Made by a program: the position numbers and the translations under genes. A DNA stretch of 64,000 nucleotides from Nanobdellota archaeon (lineage in GTDB: Archaea; Nanobdellota; Nanobdellia; Pacearchaeales; GW2011-AR1), in the NCBI GenBank assembly GCA_038045945.1, contig JBBSXC010000003.1, positions 128,001 to 192,000 of the forward strand, in the 5' to 3' direction. Below the pieces are notes generated by a model. The model was not told where the DNA came from, did not search any database, and saw only the letters and a program-made list of their open reading frames with translations. Below, piece after piece: positions 10,083-20,566 of the stretch (the first letter of the stretch is position 1; every line of letters begins with the position of its first letter).

Positions 10083-12077
10083 ATGAGTGAGACTTGGAGC
10101 CTATACGAAGAAAAAGACGGTGTAGAAAGATTACTACCGCCATTAATGTTTAGTAATGGTAAAACTCAAGAAGACGTAGTTAAAGAAATAATAAAAGCTA
10201 TAGAAGAAGGAAACAAACTAATATTCTTAAGAGGAATGTGCGGTACAGGAAAAAGCGCAATAGCACTAAACTTAGCAAAAGCATTCGGAAGAGCAAGCAT
10301 AGTAGTACCAGTAAAAAACTTACAAAAACAATACGAAGAAGACTACAGCAAAAACAAATACATAAAAAAAGATAACGGGGAAAGACTAAAAATATCAACA
10401 ATTAAAGGAAGACAAAACTTCGAGTGCAGATACATAGCAGAATCAGGAAAGAAGTTTGATGAATTAATAACAAAAAAGTCAACATACGAAAACAATAACT
10501 ACACAAGTAATAAAGAAGCTAACAGAAACGTATTCTCATTCACAAGCGGAATAAAAGTTGACAAAGAAAAAAGATCAACAGAAGCAATACCAGATGACAA
10601 AAGCGCAGATAACGACTTCATACCTTGCAAAATAGAAATTAAAGAAAAAAATGGCGGAATAATAAGAGAATACGTAAAAGAAGCAGAAAGAATAAGCCTG
10701 GACAGAATAAGAAAGATTTCACAAGTAAGAAGAGGAAGCGTAGCACCAGCATGCCCGTACTGGTCACCAATAGCACCTAGCGAAAAAGATTTAGGACTAA
10801 ACGGAATAAAAAGAGACTACATGGGACTTAACAACATAAAATACAGTTATTACGAAAGAAAACCAGGATGCAAATATTACGAACAATTCAAAGCATACTT
10901 AGACGCAGACGTAATAATATTCAACAGCCAAAAATACAGAGTAGAAAGCCTACTAAACAGAAAACCAGCAACAAACATAGAAATAATAGATGAATGCGAC
11001 GAATTCTTAGACAGCTTCTCAAACACAAAAAAAATAAATTTGGGGTGGCTCTCATCAGCACTTGAAAGACTATTCTTCGAAGACCCAAAAGCAGAAAGAA
11101 TAGTAAAAGAAATTAATATGTTAATAAGAAACATTTACGAAGATAAGGGAATAAACTCGCAAATAATACGTGAAGAAATAATGCACATTAAAGACACACC
11201 AATAATACAACTAGTAAAATATTTCTTAGAAACAGACTTTTTAGAAAAAGCGGACTATGACGAAGAAAACTACGCTTATGATTGCGAAGAAACAGCATTA
11301 ACATTTGATAACTTCTTAGACGAAACATACGTATCATTCGAAAAAGAAGGAAACAACATATCAGTAAAACTAGTAACAATAAACCTAGAAAAAAGGTTTA
11401 GAGAAGAACTATTAGACAAAAACAAAGTAGTAGTACTAATGAGCGGCACAATACACTCAGAAAAAGTCCTAAAAGACGTATTTGGTCTTGACCAATTCAA
11501 AGTAGTTGATGCAGAAACAGCAGTTAGCGGGACAATAACAAAGAAAAGAACAGGAATGGAGTTTAATTGCAGATACGAAAACTTCAAAAGCGGAGGAGTA
11601 AGCAGAGAACACTACCTAAAAGTATTAGACGAATGTGTTAAACAATCAGTTAAACCAACACTAGTACACGTTAACTCTTTCGCAGACTTACCAACAGAGG
11701 AAGAAAGAAATAATCAAGGGTTAGAACTGATGAGTCAAGAAAACCTTCGCAGTATTCAGGACGATGACTCAGAAGGAGCATTAGTTGCAGAGTTCAAAAG
11801 CGGCAAAACAAAAATTTTGTACTCAACTAAGTGTAACAGAGGAGTTGACTTCCCCGGAGAAACATGCAACAGCATAATAATAACCAAGTATCCTTACCCT
11901 AACGTAGACTCATTATTCTGGAAGATTTTCAGAAAAGTAAAACCAGAACAATACAACGAATTCTACATTGACAAAGCAAAAAGAGAATTCTTACAAAGAC
12001 TATACAGAGGACTGCGAAGAAAAGACGACCACATATACCTAATGTCGCCAGACGTTAGAATATTCTACGGGGTGTAA
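10083..12077 (+). CDS. SF2 helicase, XPD/Rad3/DinG-like
   Basis: Q motif TQE, GMCGTGKS, LQKQY, KGRQNF.C, IIDECD, MSGT, RGVDFPG, QRLYRGLR. Confidence 0.88.
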   Translation: MSETWSLYEEKDGVERLLPPLMFSNGKTQEDVVKEIIKAIEEGNKLIFLRGMCGTGKSAIALNLAKAFGRASIVVPVKNLQKQYEEDYSKNKYIKKDNGERLKISTIKGRQNFECRYIAESGKKFDELITKKSTYENNNYTSNKEANRNVFSFTSGIKVDKEKRSTEAIPDDKSADNDFIPCKIEIKEKNGGIIREYVKEAERISLDRIRKISQVRRGSVAPACPYWSPIAPSEKDLGLNGIKRDYMGLNNIKYSYYERKPGCKYYEQFKAYLDADVIIFNSQKYRVESLLNRKPATNIEIIDECDEFLDSFSNTKKINLGWLSSALERLFFEDPKAERIVKEINMLIRNIYEDKGINSQIIREEIMHIKDTPIIQLVKYFLETDFLEKADYDEENYAYDCEETALTFDNFLDETYVSFEKEGNNISVKLVTINLEKRFREELLDKNKVVVLMSGTIHSEKVLKDVFGLDQFKVVDAETAVSGTITKKRTGMEFNCRYENFKSGGVSREHYLKVLDECVKQSVKPTLVHVNSFADLPTEEERNNQGLELMSQENLRSIQDDDSEGALVAEFKSGKTKILYSTKCNRGVDFPGETCNSIIITKYPYPNVDSLFWKIFRKVKPEQYNEFYIDKAKREFLQRLYRGLRRKDDHIYLMSPDVRIFYGV

Positions 12078-12211
12078 ATAATAATAGAGGAAGAAGAAAC
12101 CTGGGTAAAGGCCACAGACGCGATGGGGAAAGTATTAGTAGAAGAGCAGTGAGCGCAATAGAGAAATTAGCAAGAGAAGAATCTGAGGATTAATATTTTA
12201 TTCTTTAATAA

Positions 12212-12601
12212 TTATTTTGTTAGTACTTCTTCTAAGACCCAAACAGCGATTATAACCCACAAGACCAGATACCACCAATAATCGCGAGTTCTAAGATTAT
12301 TAATTAAAGATTCCCTAAATGTGACCAATTCTTTATTGAATAAGTGCATACCAGCAATGAAAAGCAGAAATAAAAACATACCAGAAACAAAAATTTGTGT
12401 AATAGTTATCTCTCTAAGAAGAAAACTCAAAACTACTAAGGAAAGAATGAATGCAAGCCAAGAAACAATTTTAGGATAAGAGAAAAGTGGTTTTGTCAGA
12501 TTAAACCAAGGCTTAGGAGCAGTGAATAAGAAAAGAACCTTGATAAGAACAAGAACAGATAAAACAATAGCGACCACCTCAACACTTGTGTATAACACCA
12601 T
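12212..12601 (-). CDS. four-TM membrane protein
   Basis: 129 aa, four hydrophobic segments. Confidence 0.7.
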   Translation of the reverse strand: MVLYTSVEVVAIVLSVLVLIKVLFLFTAPKPWFNLTKPLFSYPKIVSWLAFILSLVVLSFLLREITITQIFVSGMFLFLLFIAGMHLFNKELVTFRESLINNLRTRDYWWYLVLWVIIAVWVLEEVLTK

Positions 12602-12625
12602 GGTAATTACTAAACAAGAGAGTTT

Positions 12626-13129
12626 TTAAGAGTTACTAATAAATTCTTTCAACCTAAAATAAGCATTGTCAAGATTATTAGTATCAAGAACTATCAGGCT
12701 AAAATCATAATTTTCCTCAAGATCAGAATAATACTTGTCAGAAAAAGAGAATTGGTAATCCAAATAACTCTTATTAATCTTCCTTTCGCGCGACTCCATC
12801 CTCAAATCACAAATTTTTCTATCACACTTACAATAAACAACAACTACATCAAAAGACTTTAATGCATCTAAAACTTTTGGTAAGTATTCACCAGTTGCAA
12901 ACTCTAAAACATCAAAAGACTTATGAGCAAAAGAATCAATAAACTTGCCCACGACTTCATCTAACAACCCCTTATTACTGTTAGTGACATGACCATACTT
13001 GTCAAGATATGGTTGCATAACTTCCATAATGTCATAAAACTTCAATTTTTTCTCACTAACAAACTCATTAATAATCGTTGTTTTACCAGAACAAGCAGGA
13101 CCAACAAAGACATACTTCTTATTACTCAT
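12626..13129 (-). CDS. P-loop nucleoside/nucleotide kinase family protein
   Basis: GPACSGKTT Walker A; R..SRER lid-like motif. Confidence 0.75.
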   Translation of the reverse strand: MSNKKYVFVGPACSGKTTIINEFVSEKKLKFYDIMEVMQPYLDKYGHVTNSNKGLLDEVVGKFIDSFAHKSFDVLEFATGEYLPKVLDALKSFDVVVVYCKCDRKICDLRMESRERKINKSYLDYQFSFSDKYYSDLEENYDFSLIVLDTNNLDNAYFRLKEFISNS

Positions 13130-13272
13130 AAAATCAAAAGTTTTTAACGATATATAAAACGTTAGGTTTTATCATTTCTACTAGCGAATAACAGCAAGGA
13201 AGGCGATAGCTTTAAAAGAGAAGACTTTATTACATTTATAACAAATTTAGGTGGGAGAAAAGTAAAAATAAT

Positions 13273-13698
13273 ATGTTTAAAGTATTAGACCAACAAAAAA
13301 TAAGATTCTTAACAGTATTCGGAAGAGTAAGCAGAATACCAGTTAGTGACTGCTTCATGTACAACAACAAAGTAGTATTCGCAGTACCGCAAGCAAGACT
13401 AGCAATGGCCATTGGAGAAAACGCAAACAACATAAAAAGAGCAAGCGAAATGCTAATGAGAAAAGTAAGAGTAGTAGCATTACCAAGACCTGGAAACGAC
13501 AGCGACATACCATCATTCATAAGTTCAATAATACACCCAGTAGAATTCAAAAATTTGGAAGTAGTAGGTGAAGAAATACAAATAGTTGCTAACGGAATGG
13601 AAAACAAAGCAGAAATGATGGGAAGAAACAAAGTAAGACTTAAAGAATTACAAGACATAGCAAAACAATACTTCAACAAAAACCTAAGAATAATATAA
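13273..13698 (+). CDS. nusA: archaeal NusA-like KH-domain transcription factor
   Basis: DCF, AIGENANNIK and KAEMMGRN KH motifs, 141 aa. Confidence 0.85.
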   Translation: MFKVLDQQKIRFLTVFGRVSRIPVSDCFMYNNKVVFAVPQARLAMAIGENANNIKRASEMLMRKVRVVALPRPGNDSDIPSFISSIIHPVEFKNLEVVGEEIQIVANGMENKAEMMGRNKVRLKELQDIAKQYFNKNLRII

Positions 13699-13710
13699 TT
13701 TCTAAAAACA

Positions 13711-14445
13711 ATGACATTTTATCTAATAGGATTAGGACTAAATGAGAATTCAATAACAAAAGAATCATTAGACATAATAAACAAAACAAAAAAACTATAT
13801 TTAGAAGGATACACAGTAGCATTCCCATACAACATAGAAACACTAGAAAAAAACTTAGGAAGAAAAGTCACACAACTAAAAAGAGAAGCAGTAGAAAAAG
13901 AAGAATTCCTCAGTGATGCAAAAAAAGAAGACGTGAGCCTACTAGTCTATGGAGCACCACTAAGCGCAACAACACATTACTCAATAATAGAAAAATGCAA
14001 AAAAGAAGGAATAAATTACCAAGTATTATATAACGGCAGCGTAATTGACGCAGTAGCAGAATCAGGATTACAACTTTACAAGTTTGGAAAAACAGCAAGT
14101 ATGCCAAGATGGATAAGCGGAAAGTACGAACCGGACAGCTTCCTAGAAATAATAAAAGACAACAACAAAATCAAAGCGCACACGCTTCTACTAATAGACA
14201 TAGGAATGAGTGCCGATGAAGCAGTCGAACAATTAATGAACGCTCTAAAAAAGAAGTCGCAAAAGATTGACGAAATAATGATTTGTTCAAGATTAGGGAC
14301 GGCAGAAGCAAAATTTTATTATGGTAACGTAGAAAAATTGTTAACACTAACCCATAAAGTTAAAGAACCATTCTGCTTCATAATACCAAGCGAAGAATTA
14401 CACTTTGCTGAAGAAGAAGCACTAGAATTACACAAAAAAGAATAA
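13711..14445 (+). CDS. dph5: diphthine synthase
   Basis: LIGLGL, LEGYT, GAPLSATTH, GLQLYKFGKT, HTLLLID. Confidence 0.95.
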   Translation: MTFYLIGLGLNENSITKESLDIINKTKKLYLEGYTVAFPYNIETLEKNLGRKVTQLKREAVEKEEFLSDAKKEDVSLLVYGAPLSATTHYSIIEKCKKEGINYQVLYNGSVIDAVAESGLQLYKFGKTASMPRWISGKYEPDSFLEIIKDNNKIKAHTLLLIDIGMSADEAVEQLMNALKKKSQKIDEIMICSRLGTAEAKFYYGNVEKLLTLTHKVKEPFCFIIPSEELHFAEEEALELHKKE

Positions 14446-14451
14446 AAAACA

Positions 14452-15465
14452 ATGAATAAAATATCATTTTACGGATTTGGAGCGTTCAACAGTGCACTAG
14501 CACACTACTTTGACAAAGAAAAAAACTTCTCGATGAGTTGTTACGATAAAGACGAGAAAGTAAAAGAATCAATAGACAAAGAAAGAAGACACCCACACCA
14601 CTTCACAAATATGACTTATAGTAAAAAATTATCAGTAACAAATGACCTAAAAGAATTATTATTAGCCGCAGAATTCTTAATAATTGGACTACCAACACAA
14701 ATAATCAGAGAAAACCTAAAACCAATAAAAGACCTCCTAAACAAAGAAACAACAATAATCATAGTATCAAAGGGACTCGAAATAGGAACTAACAAAAGAA
14801 TTAGCGAAATAGTAAAAGAAGAATTAGGACACAGAAAAATAGCCGTTTTTGCTGGAGGAACAGTAGCATCAGACATAGCTAACAGAATACCACTAATAGC
14901 AGAAGTAGCAAGCGAGGATAAAGAAACAAGAGAAAAAGTAGCAGGACTATTCCACAGCGAATCATTAAGAATATACACTAACCCAGACGTAGTATCAGTA
15001 GAACTATCAAGCGCACTAAAAAACATAGTATCAATAGGAGCAGGAATTTGTGACGGTTTAGGATTCACTATAGGAACTAAAGCATCATTCATAACACGAG
15101 CAACCAGAGACATATACAAAATAGCCAAGGCAATGGGGGCACATGACAAAACATTCCTGCCAGGAAGCGCATCAGTGTGGGGAGACATAATACTATCGGC
15201 ATTCGGACCAACAAGAAACTACGAATTCGGAAAAAGACTATGCTCAAAAAACCCAAAAGAGGTATTAGAATTGATGAATAAAGAACACAAAACAATTGAA
15301 GGATACTGGACAGTTAAAGCAGTAAGAACAATGAGCAAAGAAAAAGGAATAGACACACCATGTATAGAACAAGTATACAAAATAGTACACGAAGAAGTAA
15401 AACCGTTAGTTGCACTAAAAGAATTATTCGAAAGAAAAAGAACAAGCATAGACTCAAACGATTAA
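14452..15465 (+). CDS. gpsA: NAD(P)H-dependent glycerol-3-phosphate dehydrogenase
   Basis: GFGAF Rossmann, VSKGLE, ALKNIVSIGAGICDGL, GDIILS, TRNYEFG, IEG. Confidence 0.9.
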   Translation: MNKISFYGFGAFNSALAHYFDKEKNFSMSCYDKDEKVKESIDKERRHPHHFTNMTYSKKLSVTNDLKELLLAAEFLIIGLPTQIIRENLKPIKDLLNKETTIIIVSKGLEIGTNKRISEIVKEELGHRKIAVFAGGTVASDIANRIPLIAEVASEDKETREKVAGLFHSESLRIYTNPDVVSVELSSALKNIVSIGAGICDGLGFTIGTKASFITRATRDIYKIAKAMGAHDKTFLPGSASVWGDIILSAFGPTRNYEFGKRLCSKNPKEVLELMNKEHKTIEGYWTVKAVRTMSKEKGIDTPCIEQVYKIVHEEVKPLVALKELFERKRTSIDSND

Positions 15466-15471
15466 AAATAA

Positions 15472-16218
15472 TTATTTTTTAGAATAATATTTCTCGGCCC
15501 TCTTTCTTAATGAAGGCTTACCAATATCTGACCAAAAACCATCATTTTGCTCCCAAACATAAAAATCCTTCCACCAATTATGAACAGCGCTACCTAAACC
15601 CGCCTCGCCACGCTCACCCATATCTAAGAAGAAAGGAATATTAGAAGAATGGATCATGTGTACATCGAGAATAACTCTTTGCGAATCAAGACTAGTCTGC
15701 GGAGCAAAAGATTAAGAAGCACCAGTAACCTTGCCAAGATTATCAAAACGACACATACCAAAATTCATACTCCCTCCTTCATCAGCATCACAAATCTTGC
15801 CAATATCTCTAACAGGCAGAAGATTAGCACTACCCTCAGACCTATTAAGATCATAAAACCTTCTCATCATAGGAACTAAGGAAAAATCGTAGAGGTTATC
15901 ATCAGCAGCAACTAAAGCATGATTGCCAGTACCAAACTCCTTCAGAGCAGCACAATAAACAAGCAAGGGGGCCTGAGAACCACTATACTCCTTAACATCA
16001 ATAGGTAAACTAAAACTCTTCTTAGCCTCTTCATAAGCAGATTTATGTTCAGGGTTAGTATAAACAAGAACAGGAGTCGTAACCCCTAACTCTAAAAACC
16101 TGTCAAGTTGATGAGCAATAACAGGCCGGTCAGCAAACTTTACAAGTCCACGAATCTCGCCAAGTCTATCATTACCTAAAGAATCATTAGATCCAACCGC
16201 ATTAATGAAAGCTTTCAT
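15472..16218 (-). pseudogene. NTP transferase (sugar-phosphate nucleotidyltransferase-like) with one in-frame TAA at 15712..15714
   Basis: ORFs 15712..16218 and 15472..15657 are in one frame; reading through the stop gives GAS*SFAPQTSLDSQRVILDVHMIH... and the C-terminal WSDIGKP motif; RPVI, ADDNL motifs. Confidence 0.7.
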
Positions 16219-16272
16219 ATAACTGGAAAGTTGTACATTAGCTTTATAAATTCTATTGGGGGTAATAAGATT

Positions 16273-19098
16273 ATGAACATATCTAACAGTCAAACAGAGA
16301 AAGAAATACTTGCTTTTTGGGAAGAAAAAAGAATATTCCAAAAATTAAGAGAGAAAAACAAAGGAAAGAAGAAGTGGTCATTCATAGATGGACCAATAAC
16401 AGCAAACAACCCAATGGGAGTACACCACGCATGGGGAAGAACATACAAAGACTTATATCAAAGGTTCAAAGCAATGCAAGGATACGACCAAAGATACCAA
16501 AACGGATTTGACTGCCAAGGATTATGGATAGAAAGAGAAGAAGAAAAAGAAAGAGGACTAAAAAACAAGTCAGACATAGAAAAGTTCGGAATACTAAACT
16601 TTGTAAACGCATGCAAAGCAAGAGTAGAAAAATTCTCAAAAGTACAAAGAGACCAATCAATAAGACTAGGTCAATGGATGGACTGGGACAACTCTTATTA
16701 CACAATGACAGACAATAACAACTTACACAACTGGCACCTAATAAAAAAATATCATAATAATGGATGGTTATACAAAGGAAAAGACTCAGTACCATGGTGC
16801 CCAAGATGCGGAACAGCAAGCTCAAAACACGACATAGCAACAGAAGGATACAAAGAAGTAACACACACGAGCCTATACATGAAATTTCCAGTAAAAGGAG
16901 AAGAAAACACATATTTTTTAATATTCACAACAACACCATGGACCGTACCAGTAAACGTAGCCATAGCATTAAACAAAGAATTAGAATATGTTAAAGTAGA
17001 AAATGAGGGATCAAAATATTGGATAGCTGAAAGCAGATTATCAGAACTTAAAGGAGAATACAAAATAATTGAGAAAAAGAAAGGATCAGAACTAAAGGGA
17101 AAAGAGTACTTGATGCCATACGCAAATTTAGAAATACAAAAAACATCACCACACAAAGTGTTATTATGGGAATTAGCAAGCGGAGAAGAAGGAACAGGAA
17201 TAGTACACATAGCACCAGGGTGCGGATCAGAAGACTTTGACCTAGGAAAAAGAGAAAAATTGACACCAATATCCCCACTAAACGAAGATGGAACATACAC
17301 TAACGGATTTGAAGAATTCAGCACAAAAAAATATTATGAAGTGAACAAAATGGTATTAGGAGACTTAGAAGAAAGAAAATTCATTTACAAAAAACAACAA
17401 ATAAAACACAGATACCCACATTGTTGGAGATGCGGAGAAGAATTAGTTTTCAGACTAGTTGACGAATGGTACGTAAGCTGCAAAGAAATAAGAAAAAAAC
17501 TAATAACAGCAAACAAAAAAATAAAGTGGTACCCAGAATACGGGAAGGTCAGACAAGAAACATGGTTTGAAAACATGGGAGACTGGTTAATATCAAGAAA
17601 AAGGTATTGGGGATTACCATTACCAATATGGGAATGCGAATGCGGACACACAGAAGTAGTAGGAAGCTTAGAAGAACTAAAAGAAAAAGCAATAAACAAG
17701 AAAAAAGTCGATGAACTACCAGAAATCCATAGGCCATGGATTGATGAAATAAAAATAAAATGCGAAAAGTGCGGAAAAGAATCAGAAAGAATAAAAGATG
17801 TTGGAGACGCATGGCTTGACGCAGGAATAGTAATGTTCTCAACACTCAACTACCTAAAAGACAAAAAATATTGGGGAGAATGGTACCCTGCAGATTTCAT
17901 AACAGAAAACATGCCAGGACAACAAAGAGGATGGTTCAACGCAATAATGTGGGCAGGAATAACACTATCAGAAAAAGCACCATTCAAAACAATACTAGGA
18001 TACGAATCTTTAAGAGATGAGAAAGGAGAGGAAATGCACAAAAGCAAAGGAAACGCAATATGGTTTGACGACGCAGCAGAAAAAATCGGAGCAGACCCAA
18101 TGAGAATGCTATACATGCTACAAGACCCAGGACAAGAACTAAAATTCGGTTATGGAGCACTAAAAGAACCACAAAACAACCTAAACATATTATACAACTT
18201 AGGAAAACTAGTCGAGAATTCACCAAAAGGAGAATTAAGAATCGAAGACAAATGGATAATGAGCAAGTTTAGCACTCTAACAGAAAAAGTTACAGAAGAA
18301 TTAGAAAACTTACACCCACACCTAGCAATGAGAGCCCTACAAAACTTTTGGCTAAACGACTTATCAAGAGGATACATACAGATGATAAGAGAAAGACTAT
18401 CAGAAAACGACCTAGCAGCAAAAACAGTAATTAAAGAAATATATTTAGGATTACTAAAATTATTATCACCAATAATACCATTCACAACAGAGAGAGTATG
18501 GCAGGAACTAAGAGAAAGAAAAACAGTTAGCGAAGAAAGCGTCCACTTGTGCGATTGGCCTAAATCAAACCCTAAACTAGTGGACATAGGACTAGAAGGA
18601 AGATTCGAAAACATAATGACAATAATAGAAGCAGGAATGAGAGAACGTGACAGAGCACAAATAGGACTAAAATGGCCACTAAAAACACTAGACATAACGG
18701 CAAAATTCAACATCGATGAAGAAATGATAGAAGTAATAAAAAGACAACTAAACGTAAAAGAAGTAGTAGCAGAAAAAGAAAAAAATTCAGAAGAATTATC
18801 ATTACAATTCGACACGAAAATGACACCAATACTAGAAGCAGAAGGGTTTGCACGCGAAATTTCTCGCGGAGTGCAAGCAGAAAGAAAGAAAACAGGACTA
18901 GTAAAAACAGACATAATAAACCTAGAAGTAGTAGTGCCAGAAAAATTAGCAAAAAATATTGTTAAGTTCGAAAAATCAATAAAAGAAAGAACAAACGCTA
19001 AAGAAATAGAGATATCCGACGAGAAAAGCATAAAAAAAGAGTATGTAGAAATAAAAATAAAAAATAATTCTTTCTACCTCTACATAAAAAAGATTTAA
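16273..19098 (+). CDS. ileS: isoleucyl-tRNA synthetase (type 2-like, GVHH signature)
   Basis: DGPITAN..GVHH, GFDCQGL, TTTPWT, GTGIVHIAP, HRYPHCWR, DWLISRKRYWG, EMHKSKGN. Confidence 0.95.
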   Translation: MNISNSQTEKEILAFWEEKRIFQKLREKNKGKKKWSFIDGPITANNPMGVHHAWGRTYKDLYQRFKAMQGYDQRYQNGFDCQGLWIEREEEKERGLKNKSDIEKFGILNFVNACKARVEKFSKVQRDQSIRLGQWMDWDNSYYTMTDNNNLHNWHLIKKYHNNGWLYKGKDSVPWCPRCGTASSKHDIATEGYKEVTHTSLYMKFPVKGEENTYFLIFTTTPWTVPVNVAIALNKELEYVKVENEGSKYWIAESRLSELKGEYKIIEKKKGSELKGKEYLMPYANLEIQKTSPHKVLLWELASGEEGTGIVHIAPGCGSEDFDLGKREKLTPISPLNEDGTYTNGFEEFSTKKYYEVNKMVLGDLEERKFIYKKQQIKHRYPHCWRCGEELVFRLVDEWYVSCKEIRKKLITANKKIKWYPEYGKVRQETWFENMGDWLISRKRYWGLPLPIWECECGHTEVVGSLEELKEKAINKKKVDELPEIHRPWIDEIKIKCEKCGKESERIKDVGDAWLDAGIVMFSTLNYLKDKKYWGEWYPADFITENMPGQQRGWFNAIMWAGITLSEKAPFKTILGYESLRDEKGEEMHKSKGNAIWFDDAAEKIGADPMRMLYMLQDPGQELKFGYGALKEPQNNLNILYNLGKLVENSPKGELRIEDKWIMSKFSTLTEKVTEELENLHPHLAMRALQNFWLNDLSRGYIQMIRERLSENDLAAKTVIKEIYLGLLKLLSPIIPFTTERVWQELRERKTVSEESVHLCDWPKSNPKLVDIGLEGRFENIMTIIEAGMRERDRAQIGLKWPLKTLDITAKFNIDEEMIEVIKRQLNVKEVVAEKEKNSEELSLQFDTKMTPILEAEGFAREISRGVQAERKKTGLVKTDIINLEVVVPEKLAKNIVKFEKSIKERTNAKEIEISDEKSIKKEYVEIKIKNNSFYLYIKKI

Positions 19099-19130
19099 CA
19101 AAAAATTAGTCTTTATATAATAATAACAAG

Positions 19131-19145
19131 AAAAAGGTTTATATA
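19131..19145 (+). promoter_or_regulatory. BRE/TATA promoter of the TrmB gene (probably leaderless)
   Basis: AAAAAGGTTTATATA about 22 nt before ATG; the same layout recurs before many genes. Confidence 0.65.
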
Positions 19146-19166
19146 CTACTACTACAATCCTAATAC

Positions 19167-19991
19167 ATGATTGTTAAAGAGGAGTTCTTGAGTAGACTAA
19201 GAAAAATATTCGATCTAAACTTATACGAAGTAAGAGTTTGGACAGCATTGTTATCAAGAGGAACAAGCACAGCAGGCGAATTAAGCAACATCAGCGACGT
19301 GCCAAGAAGCAGAACATACGATATTCTAGAATCATTAGAAAAGAGAGGGTTCATAATAATGAAATTAGGCAAACCAATAAAGTTTGTAGCACTAAAACCA
19401 GGAGAAGTTATTGAAAGAGCAAAAAAGAACCTAGTATTTGACGCACAAGAAAAAAGCAAGAGGCTAGAAAAACTAAAAGACGACAGCGTTCTAGATGAAC
19501 TTAACTCATTATTCACAGAAGGAGTAAAATTTGTAGAACCAAGCGACTTATCAGGAAGTTTACGTGGAAGACAAAACATGTACAACCACTTAGACATGAT
19601 GATTAGAGAAGCAGGAAAAACAGTAACGATAGTAACAACGGCTGAAGGACTAAACAGAAAAATGGAAGCATTAATGCCATCACTGATGAAAGCTAAGAAA
19701 AGAGGAGTAATAATAAGAATAGCAGCAGAAATAAACTCCAGCAACATGAAAATAGCTAAAGAAATGGAAAAAGTAGCAGATATTAGAGACGTTGAAGGAT
19801 TCAAAGGAAGATTCGCAATAATTGATGGTGAACAATTAATGTTCATGCTACTAGACGACGCACAAGTACACCCTAGCTACGACGTAGGAGTATGGATAAG
19901 CACACCATTCTTTGCTCAAGCAATGGAAAAAATGTTTGAGTTAGCATGGAGTAATTTCACACCACTAAGTAAAGTAAGAATCAAGAAGTAA
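19167..19991 (+). CDS. TrmB-family transcriptional regulator
   Basis: LNLYEVRVWTALL, VPRSRTYDILESLEKRG HTH + PLD-like C-terminal domain. Confidence 0.92.
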   Translation: MIVKEEFLSRLRKIFDLNLYEVRVWTALLSRGTSTAGELSNISDVPRSRTYDILESLEKRGFIIMKLGKPIKFVALKPGEVIERAKKNLVFDAQEKSKRLEKLKDDSVLDELNSLFTEGVKFVEPSDLSGSLRGRQNMYNHLDMMIREAGKTVTIVTTAEGLNRKMEALMPSLMKAKKRGVIIRIAAEINSSNMKIAKEMEKVADIRDVEGFKGRFAIIDGEQLMFMLLDDAQVHPSYDVGVWISTPFFAQAMEKMFELAWSNFTPLSKVRIKK

Positions 19992-20026
19992 AGAACTAAT
20001 TCTTTTAAGAACACAACTAGACAACT

Positions 20027-20500
20027 ATGAAAATTGATCATAAATACTTAAATGGAGAGATAGAATGGTTAGCAAGAAACCACGGACAAAAAAGATCAAG
20101 AACTGTTGAGGGAACAAAAATTTATACTTACGAAGTAAAAATTGGGGGAAGAATAGCATTATACTTACAAGAAGAAGACGGAAAAGTAACAGAAAGAAGA
20201 GCAGAAACAATAATAGGCTGTAACAGAAAAACATTTTATCGATCAGGAGTAAGAATACCAGGAAGTAAAACTTATGAAGCAATAAAACCACAAGACGAAG
20301 AAAAAATCTATTTATTAGAAGAAAAACTTAGTCAAAGATGGTTAGAATTCCCAGACTGGAAAATTTACAGAGAATACAACTACGAACCAATTAATGAACT
20401 AATGAAAGAAACAAGAATATACAAAAGAAAAATCGATAAAAGCAAGCTAATCAGAGGAAAACAACTACTATTACCATTCAAGAAAAGAACAACTGCATAA
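20027..20500 (+). CDS. hypothetical protein
   Basis: 157-aa ORF, host-like codons. Confidence 0.65.
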   Translation: MKIDHKYLNGEIEWLARNHGQKRSRTVEGTKIYTYEVKIGGRIALYLQEEDGKVTERRAETIIGCNRKTFYRSGVRIPGSKTYEAIKPQDEEKIYLLEEKLSQRWLEFPDWKIYREYNYEPINELMKETRIYKRKIDKSKLIRGKQLLLPFKKRTTA

Positions 20501-20566
20501 TAAGATGCTTAAGATATAGCATTATCTTGACATAAAGGATTTAAAGCCAAAGTTTCATGAGTAATA

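Noticed and set aside
12078-12193. Purine-rich open frame after the helicase stop (possible frameshift extension ending RAVSAIEKLAREESED)
   Set aside because: The helicase already ends right after motif VI and no convincing slippery site exists; more likely a gene remnant or chance.
15712-15714. Stop-codon reassignment or readthrough
   Set aside because: TAA ends many genes normally in this window; a single case fits mutation or error.
16317-19846. Many antisense and off-frame ORFs over ileS, trmB and other genes
   Set aside because: Shadow frames rich in F/L/S/I that arise from the A-rich coding strand; they overlap well-supported genes.
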